DNA from: an uncultured bacterium
GTDB lineage: Bacteria; CSSED10-310; CAZUFC01
Length of the DNA: 64,000 nt
Direction: 5' to 3'
Assembly: GCA_964619725.1 (NCBI GenBank)
Contig: CAZUFC010000011.1
Location: forward strand, 1-64,000
Shown here: positions 19,701 through 28,342 of the stretch, piece after piece
Layout: every line of letters begins with the position of its first letter
Position numbering within the stretch: the first letter of the stretch is position 1
Notes under the pieces: generated by a model
Databases searched by the model: none
Told to the model about the DNA's origin: nothing
Seen by the model: the letters and a program-made list of their open reading frames with translations, nothing else
Program-made: the position numbers and the translations under genes

Positions 19701-20544
19701 CGCATCCGTCCATAACAACAGCGGCCTTATACTCCTGGAAAAAGGCGATTTCGTGCATGCCGTCGCCGAATTCCAGCAATCACTCGAACTTTGCCGTAAA
19801 ATGGGCGACAGGCTCGGGTCAGCCATCGCTTTAATCAATATCGGCGCCATCAAAATTAAAGAAGGCGATAATAAAACAGCCCCTGCTCACTTCGAAGAAT
19901 CCCTGGAAATAAGTAGAAAAATTGAACACCGTATGCTTGCCGCCTACAATCTCTATTATATCGCAGAATACTTCCGGAACATTAATCAGCCCGGTTCAGC
20001 CCTCGACTTTTACCAAAAAACTAAAAAATTGGCCTCATCAATTAATTTTCAAAAACTGCAAGTCCTCGCCGACCTCGGCACAGCCCTTGTCCAGGCTAAA
20101 AAAGAGAATCCTGAAAATGCGCAAAGCCTGATCTCCAATGCCATAGAAGCATCACGTTCAATGAACGACCACGAACTCAAAATTAAATCCCTCCTGGCGC
20201 TTATGCATATTAAAACTGTCCAAAACAAACCGAACGAAGTCCGCCGACACACCAAAGAAATCCTCCGCCTTATTTCGTCCCAAACAGCAAAAACTTACGC
20301 ATGGGAAGTTCTTTTCCTGCACGGGAAAGCCCTGGCGGCCCTCAATAAACATAAACCGGCCTACTACAGCTTTTTCCACGCCTTGAAGATCATTGATCAA
20401 ATAAAAGAGGTCGTCGAACCTCACCTTAAAAAAGAGTTCCTGAATCAACCGAAAATAAATGAAGTCATACGCTCATTCCATGAAATAAATAAATATTTTA
20501 CTCCGTCCGAACCGCCGCAAATTCCGCATTTCGCCGGGCGTTAA
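16702..20544 (+). CDS. Ser/Thr kinase - AAA(16)/STAND-like ATPase - TPR protein
   Basis: GQGGM, HRDLKPAN, DFG, APE; GESGIGKS, IDDFQWAD, TEGNPL; long C-terminal TPR array. Confidence 0.9.
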   Translation: MMTNSFIGPYKIIRKIGQGGMCAVYQVEEPETKNVVALKTMLHQTYMRRFKREFRAMSRLSHDNIVKVYDFGMEERRPYFTMEYVEGGNILEFLQEKFLSAGNGGGIPVSDDEIRLAAETLRNICEPLNYIHSLKLIHRDLKPANIMTGTDGTVKLMDFGLVKDLDIHNELSATQTGVFMGTANYIAPEQGIGKNVDQRADLYSLGVIAYEALCGRLPFTADSFVSIIMKHLQEIPESPASLNKAVPAPLENIILKLLEKNPEERCQSALELSRELEEFLSEYYQLTAVAFADREGVMTPEAVDPLAMLLLPGFVGRRNALDFLENNFRRLINYENRFIAVEGESGIGKSRLIKEWETNVLTSRCLYFKTAAREIGSYPYEIFSDIVESALKKCLKGESSVFHDMSDFELKALQKYFPQLKKWKPLQKTPPLPPLPPEQEKIRTFEAFRSLVELFSLDQPLLFVIDDFQWADELSLECLLYIRRNLIIRNSAKQSGKKAPRLMLMILYRDEELSAEHPSGASLKGLLSRKEIDMIKLERFSREQAIQIIQMMTNTEEWPEEFLDKLYAETEGNPLYIEEIVKALAQEQVIRQAESGWIIDPEHFDHIISQSRTEFVSSQISELPPAIFNIISRRLEDLSQTTLRILNHAAVIGKTFDFNLLSEVTGADEDDLLDSIGELLKMDFIVEKSGRQADIFQFKQNMIRRILYGRISAPRRRKMHRETAAAIEKLYAPGLERYYETLAYHYYAAKKDIKAVHYSLLSGSKFLNAYLFTKAHRYLDPAVELIEHADYPDENQRLSDHFKLLMIRSRLYEMSGRLNEARDVLAESLELTRKLADAESEWKSLNMLGAIHIQLGNKEKAAQYYMPALKVAERLNNINFLAATYNAVGNVYQHKGDMLKALETFDKALRISENKNPHHVGDALMNIGNVHYASGRYDQALEHFTRALNLYESLEAKPLIIKSLTNIGVVYYTKGDFDKALFHYQKTMELSRQIGDLMGLASVHNNSGLILLEKGDFVHAVAEFQQSLELCRKMGDRLGSAIALINIGAIKIKEGDNKTAPAHFEESLEISRKIEHRMLAAYNLYYIAEYFRNINQPGSALDFYQKTKKLASSINFQKLQVLADLGTALVQAKKENPENAQSLISNAIEASRSMNDHELKIKSLLALMHIKTVQNKPNEVRRHTKEILRLISSQTAKTYAWEVLFLHGKALAALNKHKPAYYSFFHALKIIDQIKEVVEPHLKKEFLNQPKINEVIRSFHEINKYFTPSEPPQIPHFAGR

Positions 20545-20777
20545 ACTATGAAATAGCTCTCGCCGGCGCCTTTCCGCACTTTTAAAAATTGGATTTCGAC
20601 AAGGCAGGCTTTGAAACGGGGACATCGGAAATTACTATTCCAAACGAATTCTCCTGGCCCGTTACAATTCAAAACGAAAACCAGGAACCGAAATTCCGGG
20701 GCGCCTTGCTGAACAAAGAAATGAACCATATCCGGGGTGATTACTTTGTTGTTGACTTCGGGTATGGCTTTCATGCT

Positions 20778-20853
20778 AAGGGACGAAGGGACAAAGGGAC
20801 GAAGGGACCTAAGGGACCTAAGGGACCTAAGGGACAGAAGGGACAGAAGGGTC
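20778..20853 (+). repeat. Tandem 8-9 bp repeat (AAGGGAC-N1-2) x9
   Basis: aagggacg aagggaca aagggacg (aagggacct)3 (aagggacag)2 aagggtc. Confidence 0.9.
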
Positions 20854-21118
20854 GCCTGTAATATAAAATCATTTGTATAATCAAAAACCGGTATCAGAAA
20901 ACTTGCCGGCTTAAAAAAGAAACGGATTTTGGGTTTGGTCATACCGGGGCTGCATTTGTTTCAAAACTTTTGGCAGTTTGTTTCTTTAATCTTTATCGGT
21001 ATCGAAATCTGAACAACTGCTTATCGGGAGCTATCCGCAAAAAGATGTTCAATACGAGACATCACCCTCATCAATCTTAACGGCATCAAATAATATAAAC
21101 ATCACATTCTCTTTTTTT

Positions 21119-21261
21119 GGGACTGATCAACCCGGGATTAGGCTTTATCGTTTGACACTTTCTTTCAATGATCGGAGTCGGTATCGGGATCGAAATCGAA
21201 ATAAAATGACGGCATATTATGGTAAATTGTAACCCCAAAAGACCCATTTTTGATCAATGCC
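21119..21261 (-). mobile_element. MITE-like repeat family A copy
   Basis: Reverse-complement homologue of 3661-3809 (GGGACTGATCAA...TTTTTGATCAATGCC). Confidence 0.7.
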
Positions 21262-21333
21262 GAAATCGGGGTCGGTATCGGCATCACAATCGAAATCGAA
21301 ACAAAATGATGTGATACTCTTTAGAATTGCGGC

Positions 21334-21545
21334 CTCGATACTCAAAAAGAACTTTCGTGCTCAGCGGAGCGGTCCTCGTGCTCGTAAGCGTAATCGATCG
21401 ATTCAAATGATTGCCCTACTTTGCTTTCAAACGACTGTACAGATCAGACCAATGTTTCGATTACGATTACCGCTGCACTGAGCTCTAGCACGAAGGATTC
21501 AAACTGAGAAATTGTAATCCTGACATGGCCATTTTTGGTCAGCGC
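21334..21545 (+). mobile_element. Family A element carrying a long internal palindrome
   Basis: TTCGTGCTCAGCGGAGCGG...CGTAATCGA / TCGATTACG...CCGCTGCACTGAGC..AGCACGAA; interior shared with 38329-38460, right end with 1-54. Confidence 0.7.
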
Positions 21546-21671
21546 TATTCAGAAGTTACATATCTGCAGAGTATCCGACAATTTATAATGGCGCCGGAAA
21601 ATTATCAGTTGGGTTGTGATATACAGGAAAAACAACCGCCCGATCCGCTAATGACGAGACTGCGACTCATC

Positions 21672-22148
21672 TCACTTCTGCTCGGAATAAAGGTCTGTAC
21701 CTTCCTGTATGTGATTGCTTTCCAGGCGACTGATCAGCCAGGAATCACCTATTTTCTCGAAATATGCTTTGCCCGCAGCTTCTGAAAAAGCGGAACCGGC
21801 CACAAACCCCCTGCTCCCCAAATATTCTCCTACAACTTTATAGTTGAACTCGGCAGAAGCGTTCTCTCCTTCTTCTGAAATTTTCAGATTCGACATAACT
21901 ATATTCACGCTTTTGAACTGCTCAAGGAATTGTTTCGCCATCGACGTCATCGAATCATAATCATTGCCGTATCTGTCCCGGTAATTGGGAGAAATCACGG
22001 ATATGGCGGTTCCCGGTTTGTTTTCCTCCAGACCTTCTATCCCGGTGTTTATCGATTTTTTTATGCCGTAATGATGAAAATGGTTGATCAGGTAATATAT
22101 CAGAAGTCCTGCAATGATCAGTCCTACAATCTTCAGACTTTTTTTCAC
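21672..22148 (-). CDS. Membrane-anchored hypothetical protein, possibly NTF2-like
   Basis: N-terminal TM; ISPNYRDRYG...FEKIGDSWLI; GTGA overlap with xseB. Confidence 0.7.
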   Translation of the reverse strand: MKKSLKIVGLIIAGLLIYYLINHFHHYGIKKSINTGIEGLEENKPGTAISVISPNYRDRYGNDYDSMTSMAKQFLEQFKSVNIVMSNLKISEEGENASAEFNYKVVGEYLGSRGFVAGSAFSEAAGKAYFEKIGDSWLISRLESNHIQEGTDLYSEQK

Positions 22149-22414
22149 GGCGCTTCATCCGGTCCGGCCCGCTCTTCATCTGCGGGCGCTGCCGCCTCCA
22201 TTTTTTTCGTTAACTTTGAAACCTTTTCTTCCGCTTCATCCAGCTTTTTTTCGCATAATTCCGCCAGGTTCATTCCTCTTTCGAATAATTTGACGGATTC
22301 TTCCAGTTGAAGTTCTTCGTTTTCAAATTTGTTGACTATCTCTTCCAGCTCTTTGAAGGATTCTTCAAAATCTTTTTCCTTGAAGGCCTCTTTTTTTTCT
22401 TTCTTCTTGGTCAT
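22145..22414 (-). CDS. xseB: Exodeoxyribonuclease VII small subunit
   Basis: FEESFKELEEIV...LEESVKLFERG...LDEAEEKV. Confidence 0.95.
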   Translation of the reverse strand: MTKKKEKKEAFKEKDFEESFKELEEIVNKFENEELQLEESVKLFERGMNLAELCEKKLDEAEEKVSKLTKKMEAAAPADEERAGPDEAP

Positions 22415-23745
22415 AGGAACTTCCTTTCGTCGACCGAACAGTCCAGGCCGCCCTCGTGAAGAGTGACGCTTAATTTTTGTTTCGTTTTGACATCTTTCCA
22501 GCTTCTGACAATTTTACCGTCGGATTTTTTCCGGCAAATGCTGTAACCTCGTTTTAGAATTTCTCGAGGATCGAACGACATTAATCTGGTTTTTTTCAAT
22601 TCCAGCATATTTTTAAATTTTTCCAGCTTGAAAGCTCTCAGCCTGAAAAGGAGATGCCTGAATTCGCTGCGTCTTGTTTTCAAAAATGACTCCGGTCTGG
22701 ACTTCATTGAATGACTAAATATGGTCAAAGCGTTTCGGCGTTTCCTGATGAGCGAATCGACGGTCATGGCCAGCCTGGTCCTCCAGGCGTCAATGCTTTG
22801 TCTGTATTCGCGAATGCGTCTTTCAGGCCGAAACAGGTCGGATTTTTTAAATATTTCTAAACGGCGGCGCCTGTTTTCCAGCATGTTGAATATCCGGTTA
22901 TGTATTCTGTCGCGCAGGCTGAGGGTCATCTGTAACATTTCACGTATGTCGGGCACGACCATTTCGCCTGCAGCCGAAGGCGTAGCCGCTCTGACGTCAG
23001 CCGTAAAATCGGTGATCGTAAAATCGATTTCATGACCGACGGCGGATATTATGGGAATCTCCGATTCAAATACCGCACGAGCCGTCACCTCCTCATTGAA
23101 AGCCCATAAATCCTCAATCGATCCTCCGCCGCGTCCCGTAATCAGCACATCCATCTTCGGTTCGCGCCGGTTGAAACGCCTTATCGCCTCCGCAATCTCG
23201 CCGGCTGCGTTTTCTCCCTGGACCCTTACCGGATAAAGATGAAGGTCCACGCCAGGACAACGGCGGTGTATGACGTGTATCATATCCCTGATCGCAGCGC
23301 CCGTGGGAGAAGTCACTATCCCGATCCTTGATGGAAACGCGGGAATGGGCTTCTTGTGTTTTTTATCGAACAGTCCCTCTTCCTCCAGCTTCTTCTTCAA
23401 TCTTTCAAACGCTTCATACAAGGCGCCCATGCCCGTTTGCAACAATTCATATACATACAACTGATAAGAACCGGCAACCTCGTATATCGAAATATCCCCG
23501 AAACCCCGCACCCGCATGCCGTTCTCCGGACGAAACTGCAATCGCCTGTTCTGATTCCGGAACATTACACAGCGCAAAGACGCCTTCTCATCCTTCAAAG
23601 TAAAATACATATGACCGGAAGAATGATGCTTGAAATTCGATATCTCTCCCTCAACCCATATACGCCTGTACCGCTCCTCGATCAACCGCTTCAATTCACG
23701 CGTAAGCTCCGTTACCGAATAAATCTTTTCATCCGTCGCATTCAT
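22411..23745 (-). CDS. xseA: Exodeoxyribonuclease VII large subunit
   Basis: VEGEISN, GHMYFTLKD, TSPTGAA, RGGGSIEDLWAFN, SAVGHEID, TPSAA. Confidence 0.96.
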   Translation of the reverse strand: MNATDEKIYSVTELTRELKRLIEERYRRIWVEGEISNFKHHSSGHMYFTLKDEKASLRCVMFRNQNRRLQFRPENGMRVRGFGDISIYEVAGSYQLYVYELLQTGMGALYEAFERLKKKLEEEGLFDKKHKKPIPAFPSRIGIVTSPTGAAIRDMIHVIHRRCPGVDLHLYPVRVQGENAAGEIAEAIRRFNRREPKMDVLITGRGGGSIEDLWAFNEEVTARAVFESEIPIISAVGHEIDFTITDFTADVRAATPSAAGEMVVPDIREMLQMTLSLRDRIHNRIFNMLENRRRRLEIFKKSDLFRPERRIREYRQSIDAWRTRLAMTVDSLIRKRRNALTIFSHSMKSRPESFLKTRRSEFRHLLFRLRAFKLEKFKNMLELKKTRLMSFDPREILKRGYSICRKKSDGKIVRSWKDVKTKQKLSVTLHEGGLDCSVDERKFL

Positions 23746-23750
23746 TCAAC

Positions 23751-24182
23751 TCAGCCTTCCTGCCTTTCGTTCACATTCATTATGAAAGCGCCGCCCCTGA
23801 CGTTGTTTATCTCCACACTCATCAACGCCCCGAATACTCCCGTCTCCACTTTGCAGCCCCGTCTGCGCAACTCCTCAACGACGCGCTCATACATCGGCTC
23901 TGCCGTCTCAGGACGCGCCGCATGACTGAAACTCGGCCGCCGCCCCTTCCGGCAATTTGCCGCTAACGTGAACTGAGATATCAATAAAAACTCTCCATCC
24001 TCACACTCACGTTCCCGTTTCAATTCATACAGTCGCTCCGCCGTCTCTTTTATCGCTCCTTCACCGTCTCCCTTCTCCACACCGACTAATACGACCCATC
24101 CGCTCGATATCCGTCCCCTCATCTCACCGTCAACCTTAACCGATGCCTCATTAACTTCCTGTATTACTGATATCATCGGCAC
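23751..24182 (-). CDS. dtd: Divergent D-aminoacyl-tRNA deacylase (DTD) homologue
   Basis: ASVKVDG, SQFTL, KGRRPSF, GVFGA conserved; the NxGP motif is absent. Confidence 0.75.
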   Translation of the reverse strand: MPMISVIQEVNEASVKVDGEMRGRISSGWVVLVGVEKGDGEGAIKETAERLYELKRERECEDGEFLLISQFTLAANCRKGRRPSFSHAARPETAEPMYERVVEELRRRGCKVETGVFGALMSVEINNVRGGAFIMNVNERQEG

Positions 24183-24460
24183 TCTCCTTCCTCCCTGTTC
24201 TCTATATTATCCCTAATCCGAAAAAAAACTACGTTTGTTCGCCCTTTTATTCCTCACTCTTTTTATCAAATTTTTCCCGTTTTGACAATACGGATTGACG
24301 GACGACGAAACCTCGCCTCTGATTCACGCTGCCTGAACATTACGATGACTGTCATGCTGCTTATCAGACGCATCTTATAGTTCAAGGAAACAAATTGGAA
24401 ATTGTTATACACAGTTTTTAATCGGTCTCGATAAAAAACGACGGTTAATCGAATTCTAAT

Positions 24461-24664
24461 TAGTTTTTGTCCATAAACGACGAATTTCCACCAATGCTGC
24501 GTCAGGCTGCGGATTGGCTCAGTCAACTTATAATAAATATGCCTCCTTCGCAAATCCTTGCCTTCCTTGCCTTAAGAAAAATTCGCTCGTTTATGGATCA
24601 AAAACCCAAGTGGCTGTCCAGCATTAAATTTTGAATCGACAATCGAGTTTATGGACAGGCACTA
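24461..24664 (+). mobile_element. MITE-like element family B
   Basis: Same terminal inverted repeats and interior as 8563-8767. Confidence 0.8.
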
Positions 24665-24827
24665 ATTAGCGGAAAAAAAAAATATTCTGTAATTGATTGG
24701 TTTCATCAGCTTTGAGAGTCTGAGCTTAGGGATGTCCAACCTGTCGAGAAGAATATTGAACAAAAGACAGAGCAGGTGTAATATTTGATTTGATCATGTC
24801 CTCGGGTATGAAAAGAGGAGAAATTAT

Positions 24828-25292
24828 TTGACATATCGTGAACTTATCAGTAAACTTCAAAAAAGTGGGAATGACCCGGATTATTTAATTCCCCCACACC
24901 CACAAGTCAAGACATCGATAAGATTTGCAAGACGGTTAAGCGGCAATAAGGAAGCGGAACAGTTTTTGGTTAGCCTTGAAAAAGATAATGCAGGGAAAGG
25001 AATTTTGGAAAATTTATGTGCGCTTTTTCTTCTTATGGCAACTAAAGGCTCAATAGCAAATAAGGAACGATTCAAGAAGCTTCGAAACGCGGGAGGAATT
25101 CATGAATTTCGAGCTAAAAACAGAAGGCTTTATTGTTATGTCGATGAAAAGCCGAACGGAAAAAAGGAAGTTGTTTTGACACATGGATGTAAAAAGCAAC
25201 CAAAAAGAAAGAGAGAGACATTAGAAGTAGAGCGTGCACAACGTATAAAAGAAGAAGATAGGGAATGGCATCTGAGAGGAGGCAAGGCGTGA
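24828..25292 (+). CDS. RelE/HigB-like (Gp49-like) toxin
   Basis: RFKKLRNAGGIHEFRAKNRRLYCY...VLTHGCKKQ...EVERAQRIK; first gene of the triad. Confidence 0.75.
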   Translation: MTYRELISKLQKSGNDPDYLIPPHPQVKTSIRFARRLSGNKEAEQFLVSLEKDNAGKGILENLCALFLLMATKGSIANKERFKKLRNAGGIHEFRAKNRRLYCYVDEKPNGKKEVVLTHGCKKQPKRKRETLEVERAQRIKEEDREWHLRGGKA

Positions 25293-25738
25293 AAAAAAAA
25301 TCAGGTGAAAGTTTCGACATAAATAAAATTAACGAGCTATTGAAAGACACAGAATTTCGACAAGGTTATGAAGAGGAAAGAATAGTGATCCTTTTTGGAG
25401 AAATTCTCTCCGAGATTATGGAAAAGAGAAAATGGAACAAAGCACGATTAGCGCGAGAATTAGGATTTTCAAAATCATATGTAACTCAATTGCTGAAAGG
25501 ATCAAAAAACATTTCCTTGAGGAATCTTGCTAAAATAATGTTTAGACTTGGTAGGCGCGTGAATATTGAAGTCGCCAAACTATCAGGCAGTTTTGAAGAA
25601 GAGTTGTTTCAAGATGATGAGTATAAAGGTAATGTTGAATTGAAACTAAATTTTTCAATAAACAAAAAGAAACAATATTCATGCAGATCGTTGGATGAAG
25701 GGAAGACAAACAATGATGCAATTCCATTAGCTGCATGA
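25289..25738 (+). CDS. XRE-HTH antitoxin (HigA-like) with C-terminal extension
   Basis: GAGGAGG plus GTG overlapping the toxin stop (GTGA); NKARLARELGFSKSYVTQLLKG.NISL HTH; roughly 50 aa tail ending PLAA. Confidence 0.85.
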   Translation: MKKKSGESFDINKINELLKDTEFRQGYEEERIVILFGEILSEIMEKRKWNKARLARELGFSKSYVTQLLKGSKNISLRNLAKIMFRLGRRVNIEVAKLSGSFEEELFQDDEYKGNVELKLNFSINKKKQYSCRSLDEGKTNNDAIPLAA

Positions 25739-25749
25739 AGGAATAAATC

Positions 25750-26208
25750 ATGAAAAAATCCAGACATCCGGGAATCGCTTTTTCAGAAATAGAACTTCTT
25801 GAAATTTCTTATGAAACGAATCTCAAATTTAACTCAAAATTGGAAATGCCTGAAATCGAACTTTCCTATGATTATTCGATTAAAGATTCGGAAAATGATA
25901 AATTTGATGAGAAAACGCACAAAAAAAGTCTAATAAGCGTACTTCAGATAGAATTATTTAAAAGTAAGAGGAAACGCCCGTTCAAAATGTCTGCGACCTT
26001 TAGAGCCGTATTTCATTCAGGTAGTGATGAATCTTACCCACTGGAAAATTTCGCTGAATTGCAGGCCCCATCATACATTCTCGCCTATGCAAGAGAATTA
26101 ATAAGCAATATAACAAGCCGCGGGATTTACCCTACTCTTAAAATTCCGCCTATAAATCTTTACATGGCGTTGGAAGAGAGTAAATCAAGGAAAAACATAA
26201 ACAGTTAA
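25750..26208 (+). CDS. SecB-like chaperone
   Basis: FKMSATFRAVF...APSYILAYARELISNITSRGIYPTLKIPPINL is a SecB-type C-terminal signature. Confidence 0.85.
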   Translation: MKKSRHPGIAFSEIELLEISYETNLKFNSKLEMPEIELSYDYSIKDSENDKFDEKTHKKSLISVLQIELFKSKRKRPFKMSATFRAVFHSGSDESYPLENFAELQAPSYILAYARELISNITSRGIYPTLKIPPINLYMALEESKSRKNINS

Positions 26209-26265
26209 GCGCTGAGGAAAAAATTCAAGATATCGCGTCAAGCTGACGGATTAAAAGCGTATATT

Positions 26266-28221
26266 TTAATCAATGCCGTGTCTTTCCAATTCTTTCTGCA
26301 CAGCAAGTCCGATCTCTTCCATGGTGTAAGGTTTTTTAACGTATTCGCCCGCTCCGAGCCTCTGGGCTTCCCTTATTCGATCGGTTTCGGAGTATCCGCT
26401 GGCGATGACTGCAGGCATTCCAGGATGCTTCCGGCATATAGCTCTGTAGGTGTCCAATCCGTCCATCCCCGGTTCCATGATCATATCGAGTATGATTAAA
26501 TCGGCTGAATTATTCTCCAGGTAGCGGAGCGCTTCTTCTCCGCTTGAAACAGCGTTTACCGTGTAGCCCAGATTGTCCAGCAGCAGGACTGCCATGTCTC
26601 TTTGCGCTTCAATGTCGTCAACTACCAGTATTTTTTCATTATTGCCTTTGTATGAGTCGATTACCGGAGGTGGTTGATCATGTTGGGGTTGCCGGTCGGT
26701 AGCCGGAAAATATAAATCGAACGTGGTTCCCCGGCCTTCTTTGCTTTTAACGTCGATATAGCCGTTATGATCATTGACCGTACCCCAGACGACGGCCATT
26801 CCCAGCCCTGTTCCGCTGCGTCCCATGACTTTCCTGGTGTAGAACGGTTCAAAGATTTTTTCAATTTCATCTGCCGGTATTCCGATCCCATTATCCTTGA
26901 CCCGCAACATGACGTATTCGCCCGGTTGAACTTTGTCGTATCCGCTGATGGGAAGATCTATATATTCGTTTCGCGTGGCAACGACGACTTTACCTTCGTC
27001 CTCAACCGCTTCGGCTGCATTAGTTATCAGATTCATGACCGTTTTGAGCATGTGAACCGGCGAACAGATTATATTCGACAGATTCTCCGCCAGATCGGTT
27101 TTTATGCGCACATGAGGATGAAGAGTTATCAATTTATCGTATTCAGGCGATTTGAAATATTCCTTTACGGCATCGTTGACGTTTATTATTTCTGCGGATG
27201 CAGCGCCTCGTCTTGTCAGCGTCAGCAAATCTTCGACGATGGCGGCAGCCCTTTGTCCCGACTTTTTCACAGTGAGTACCATTTTATACAAAGGACTCTC
27301 CTCCGGTAATTCCGAGAGGATCAGATCTGGATATCCCACCAGACCGCTTAAAACATTGTTAAGATCATGAGCGACGCCGCCCGCCAACCTGCCCAGCGCC
27401 TCCATCTTTTCAGCCCGTCGAAGTTGTTTTTCCAGCGCTCGTCTTTCTTTTTCCGCCTGAGTGCGTTGGGTGAGGTCCCTGAAGCTCCAGACGCGGCCCT
27501 TCATCTTGCCATCCTGGATCAACGGACAGGAATACCTTTCAAAAACACGGCCGTCCTTGAAGTAAAGCATATCAGTATCATCATCCGACGAACGGTATAA
27601 TTCTTCAATTTTCCTTTGAAATCTTTCAGGGGTTTCCAACTGATCCATGACAAAATCAATCAATAATTTGTCGTCTGAGCTTTTTATTATTTCAGGCGCA
27701 ATTTTCCACATGTTGATGAACCTCATGTTCGTATGAGTTACCCGACCTTTATCGTTAACGACCAGTATGCCGTCCGCGGTCGATTCCAGCGTAGCCCGTA
27801 GTTTTTCCTGGTTTTCGTGCAGAGCGGATTCCGCCTGTTTTCTTTCCTCGATTTCCTTCAGAAGCATCTCATTCGTTTTTTTCAGTTCAGCCGTCCGCTC
27901 TTCAACCCTGAGTTCCAATTCATCATGAGCCTGCCGCAAATCCGACATGGCTTTCTGCAAGTCCTTACGGATTTGCTCCAGGTCGAAATTTTTATCCTCC
28001 AGTTCCCGTTTGATATCCGACAGTTCTATTGATTTTCTTACCAGGCTTATGTTCTGTTCTTTGAGAATCTTCTGTTTTTCGATCAATTTTTTTTCGATGT
28101 ATTCTCTTTCAGAAGCTTCTTTTTCCAGCTTTTCGATTTTTCGCTCCAGCAATTCGCATTTTTGCCTTAATGTTGTATAACAACATCCCGTAAGGTCTTG
28201 ACAGGTTATATTTTCAGTCAT
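26266..28221 (-). CDS. Cytoplasmic hybrid sensor histidine kinase (coiled coil-PAS-HisKA-HATPase-REC)
   Basis: AHDLNN, NLITNA, DNGIGI, GTGLG; REC motifs VVDD, ILD, KP. Confidence 0.93.
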   Translation of the reverse strand: MTENITCQDLTGCCYTTLRQKCELLERKIEKLEKEASEREYIEKKLIEKQKILKEQNISLVRKSIELSDIKRELEDKNFDLEQIRKDLQKAMSDLRQAHDELELRVEERTAELKKTNEMLLKEIEERKQAESALHENQEKLRATLESTADGILVVNDKGRVTHTNMRFINMWKIAPEIIKSSDDKLLIDFVMDQLETPERFQRKIEELYRSSDDDTDMLYFKDGRVFERYSCPLIQDGKMKGRVWSFRDLTQRTQAEKERRALEKQLRRAEKMEALGRLAGGVAHDLNNVLSGLVGYPDLILSELPEESPLYKMVLTVKKSGQRAAAIVEDLLTLTRRGAASAEIINVNDAVKEYFKSPEYDKLITLHPHVRIKTDLAENLSNIICSPVHMLKTVMNLITNAAEAVEDEGKVVVATRNEYIDLPISGYDKVQPGEYVMLRVKDNGIGIPADEIEKIFEPFYTRKVMGRSGTGLGMAVVWGTVNDHNGYIDVKSKEGRGTTFDLYFPATDRQPQHDQPPPVIDSYKGNNEKILVVDDIEAQRDMAVLLLDNLGYTVNAVSSGEEALRYLENNSADLIILDMIMEPGMDGLDTYRAICRKHPGMPAVIASGYSETDRIREAQRLGAGEYVKKPYTMEEIGLAVQKELERHGID

Positions 28222-28342
28222 TAATTCAACCTTGTTCTTCTTGTAAAAGCAGACTTTTACTTATGAGAAAGCGTCGTCAGAAAGATGACTTTTCCCGAGC
28301 CGGCCCAGAAACTTTCAGTATCTTTCACATTCTTAACAATGC

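Noticed and set aside
20589-20942. ORFs with a collagen-like GPKGPKGQK or LRSLRS run
   Set aside because: These are translations of the AAGGGAC microsatellite, with no other coding signal
21119-21545. Clustered repeats as a possible CRISPR array or integron attC sites
   Set aside because: No constant-length repeat-spacer periodicity, no cas or integrase gene, and no RYYYAAC/GTTRRRY-bounded cassettes; better explained as MITE-like elements
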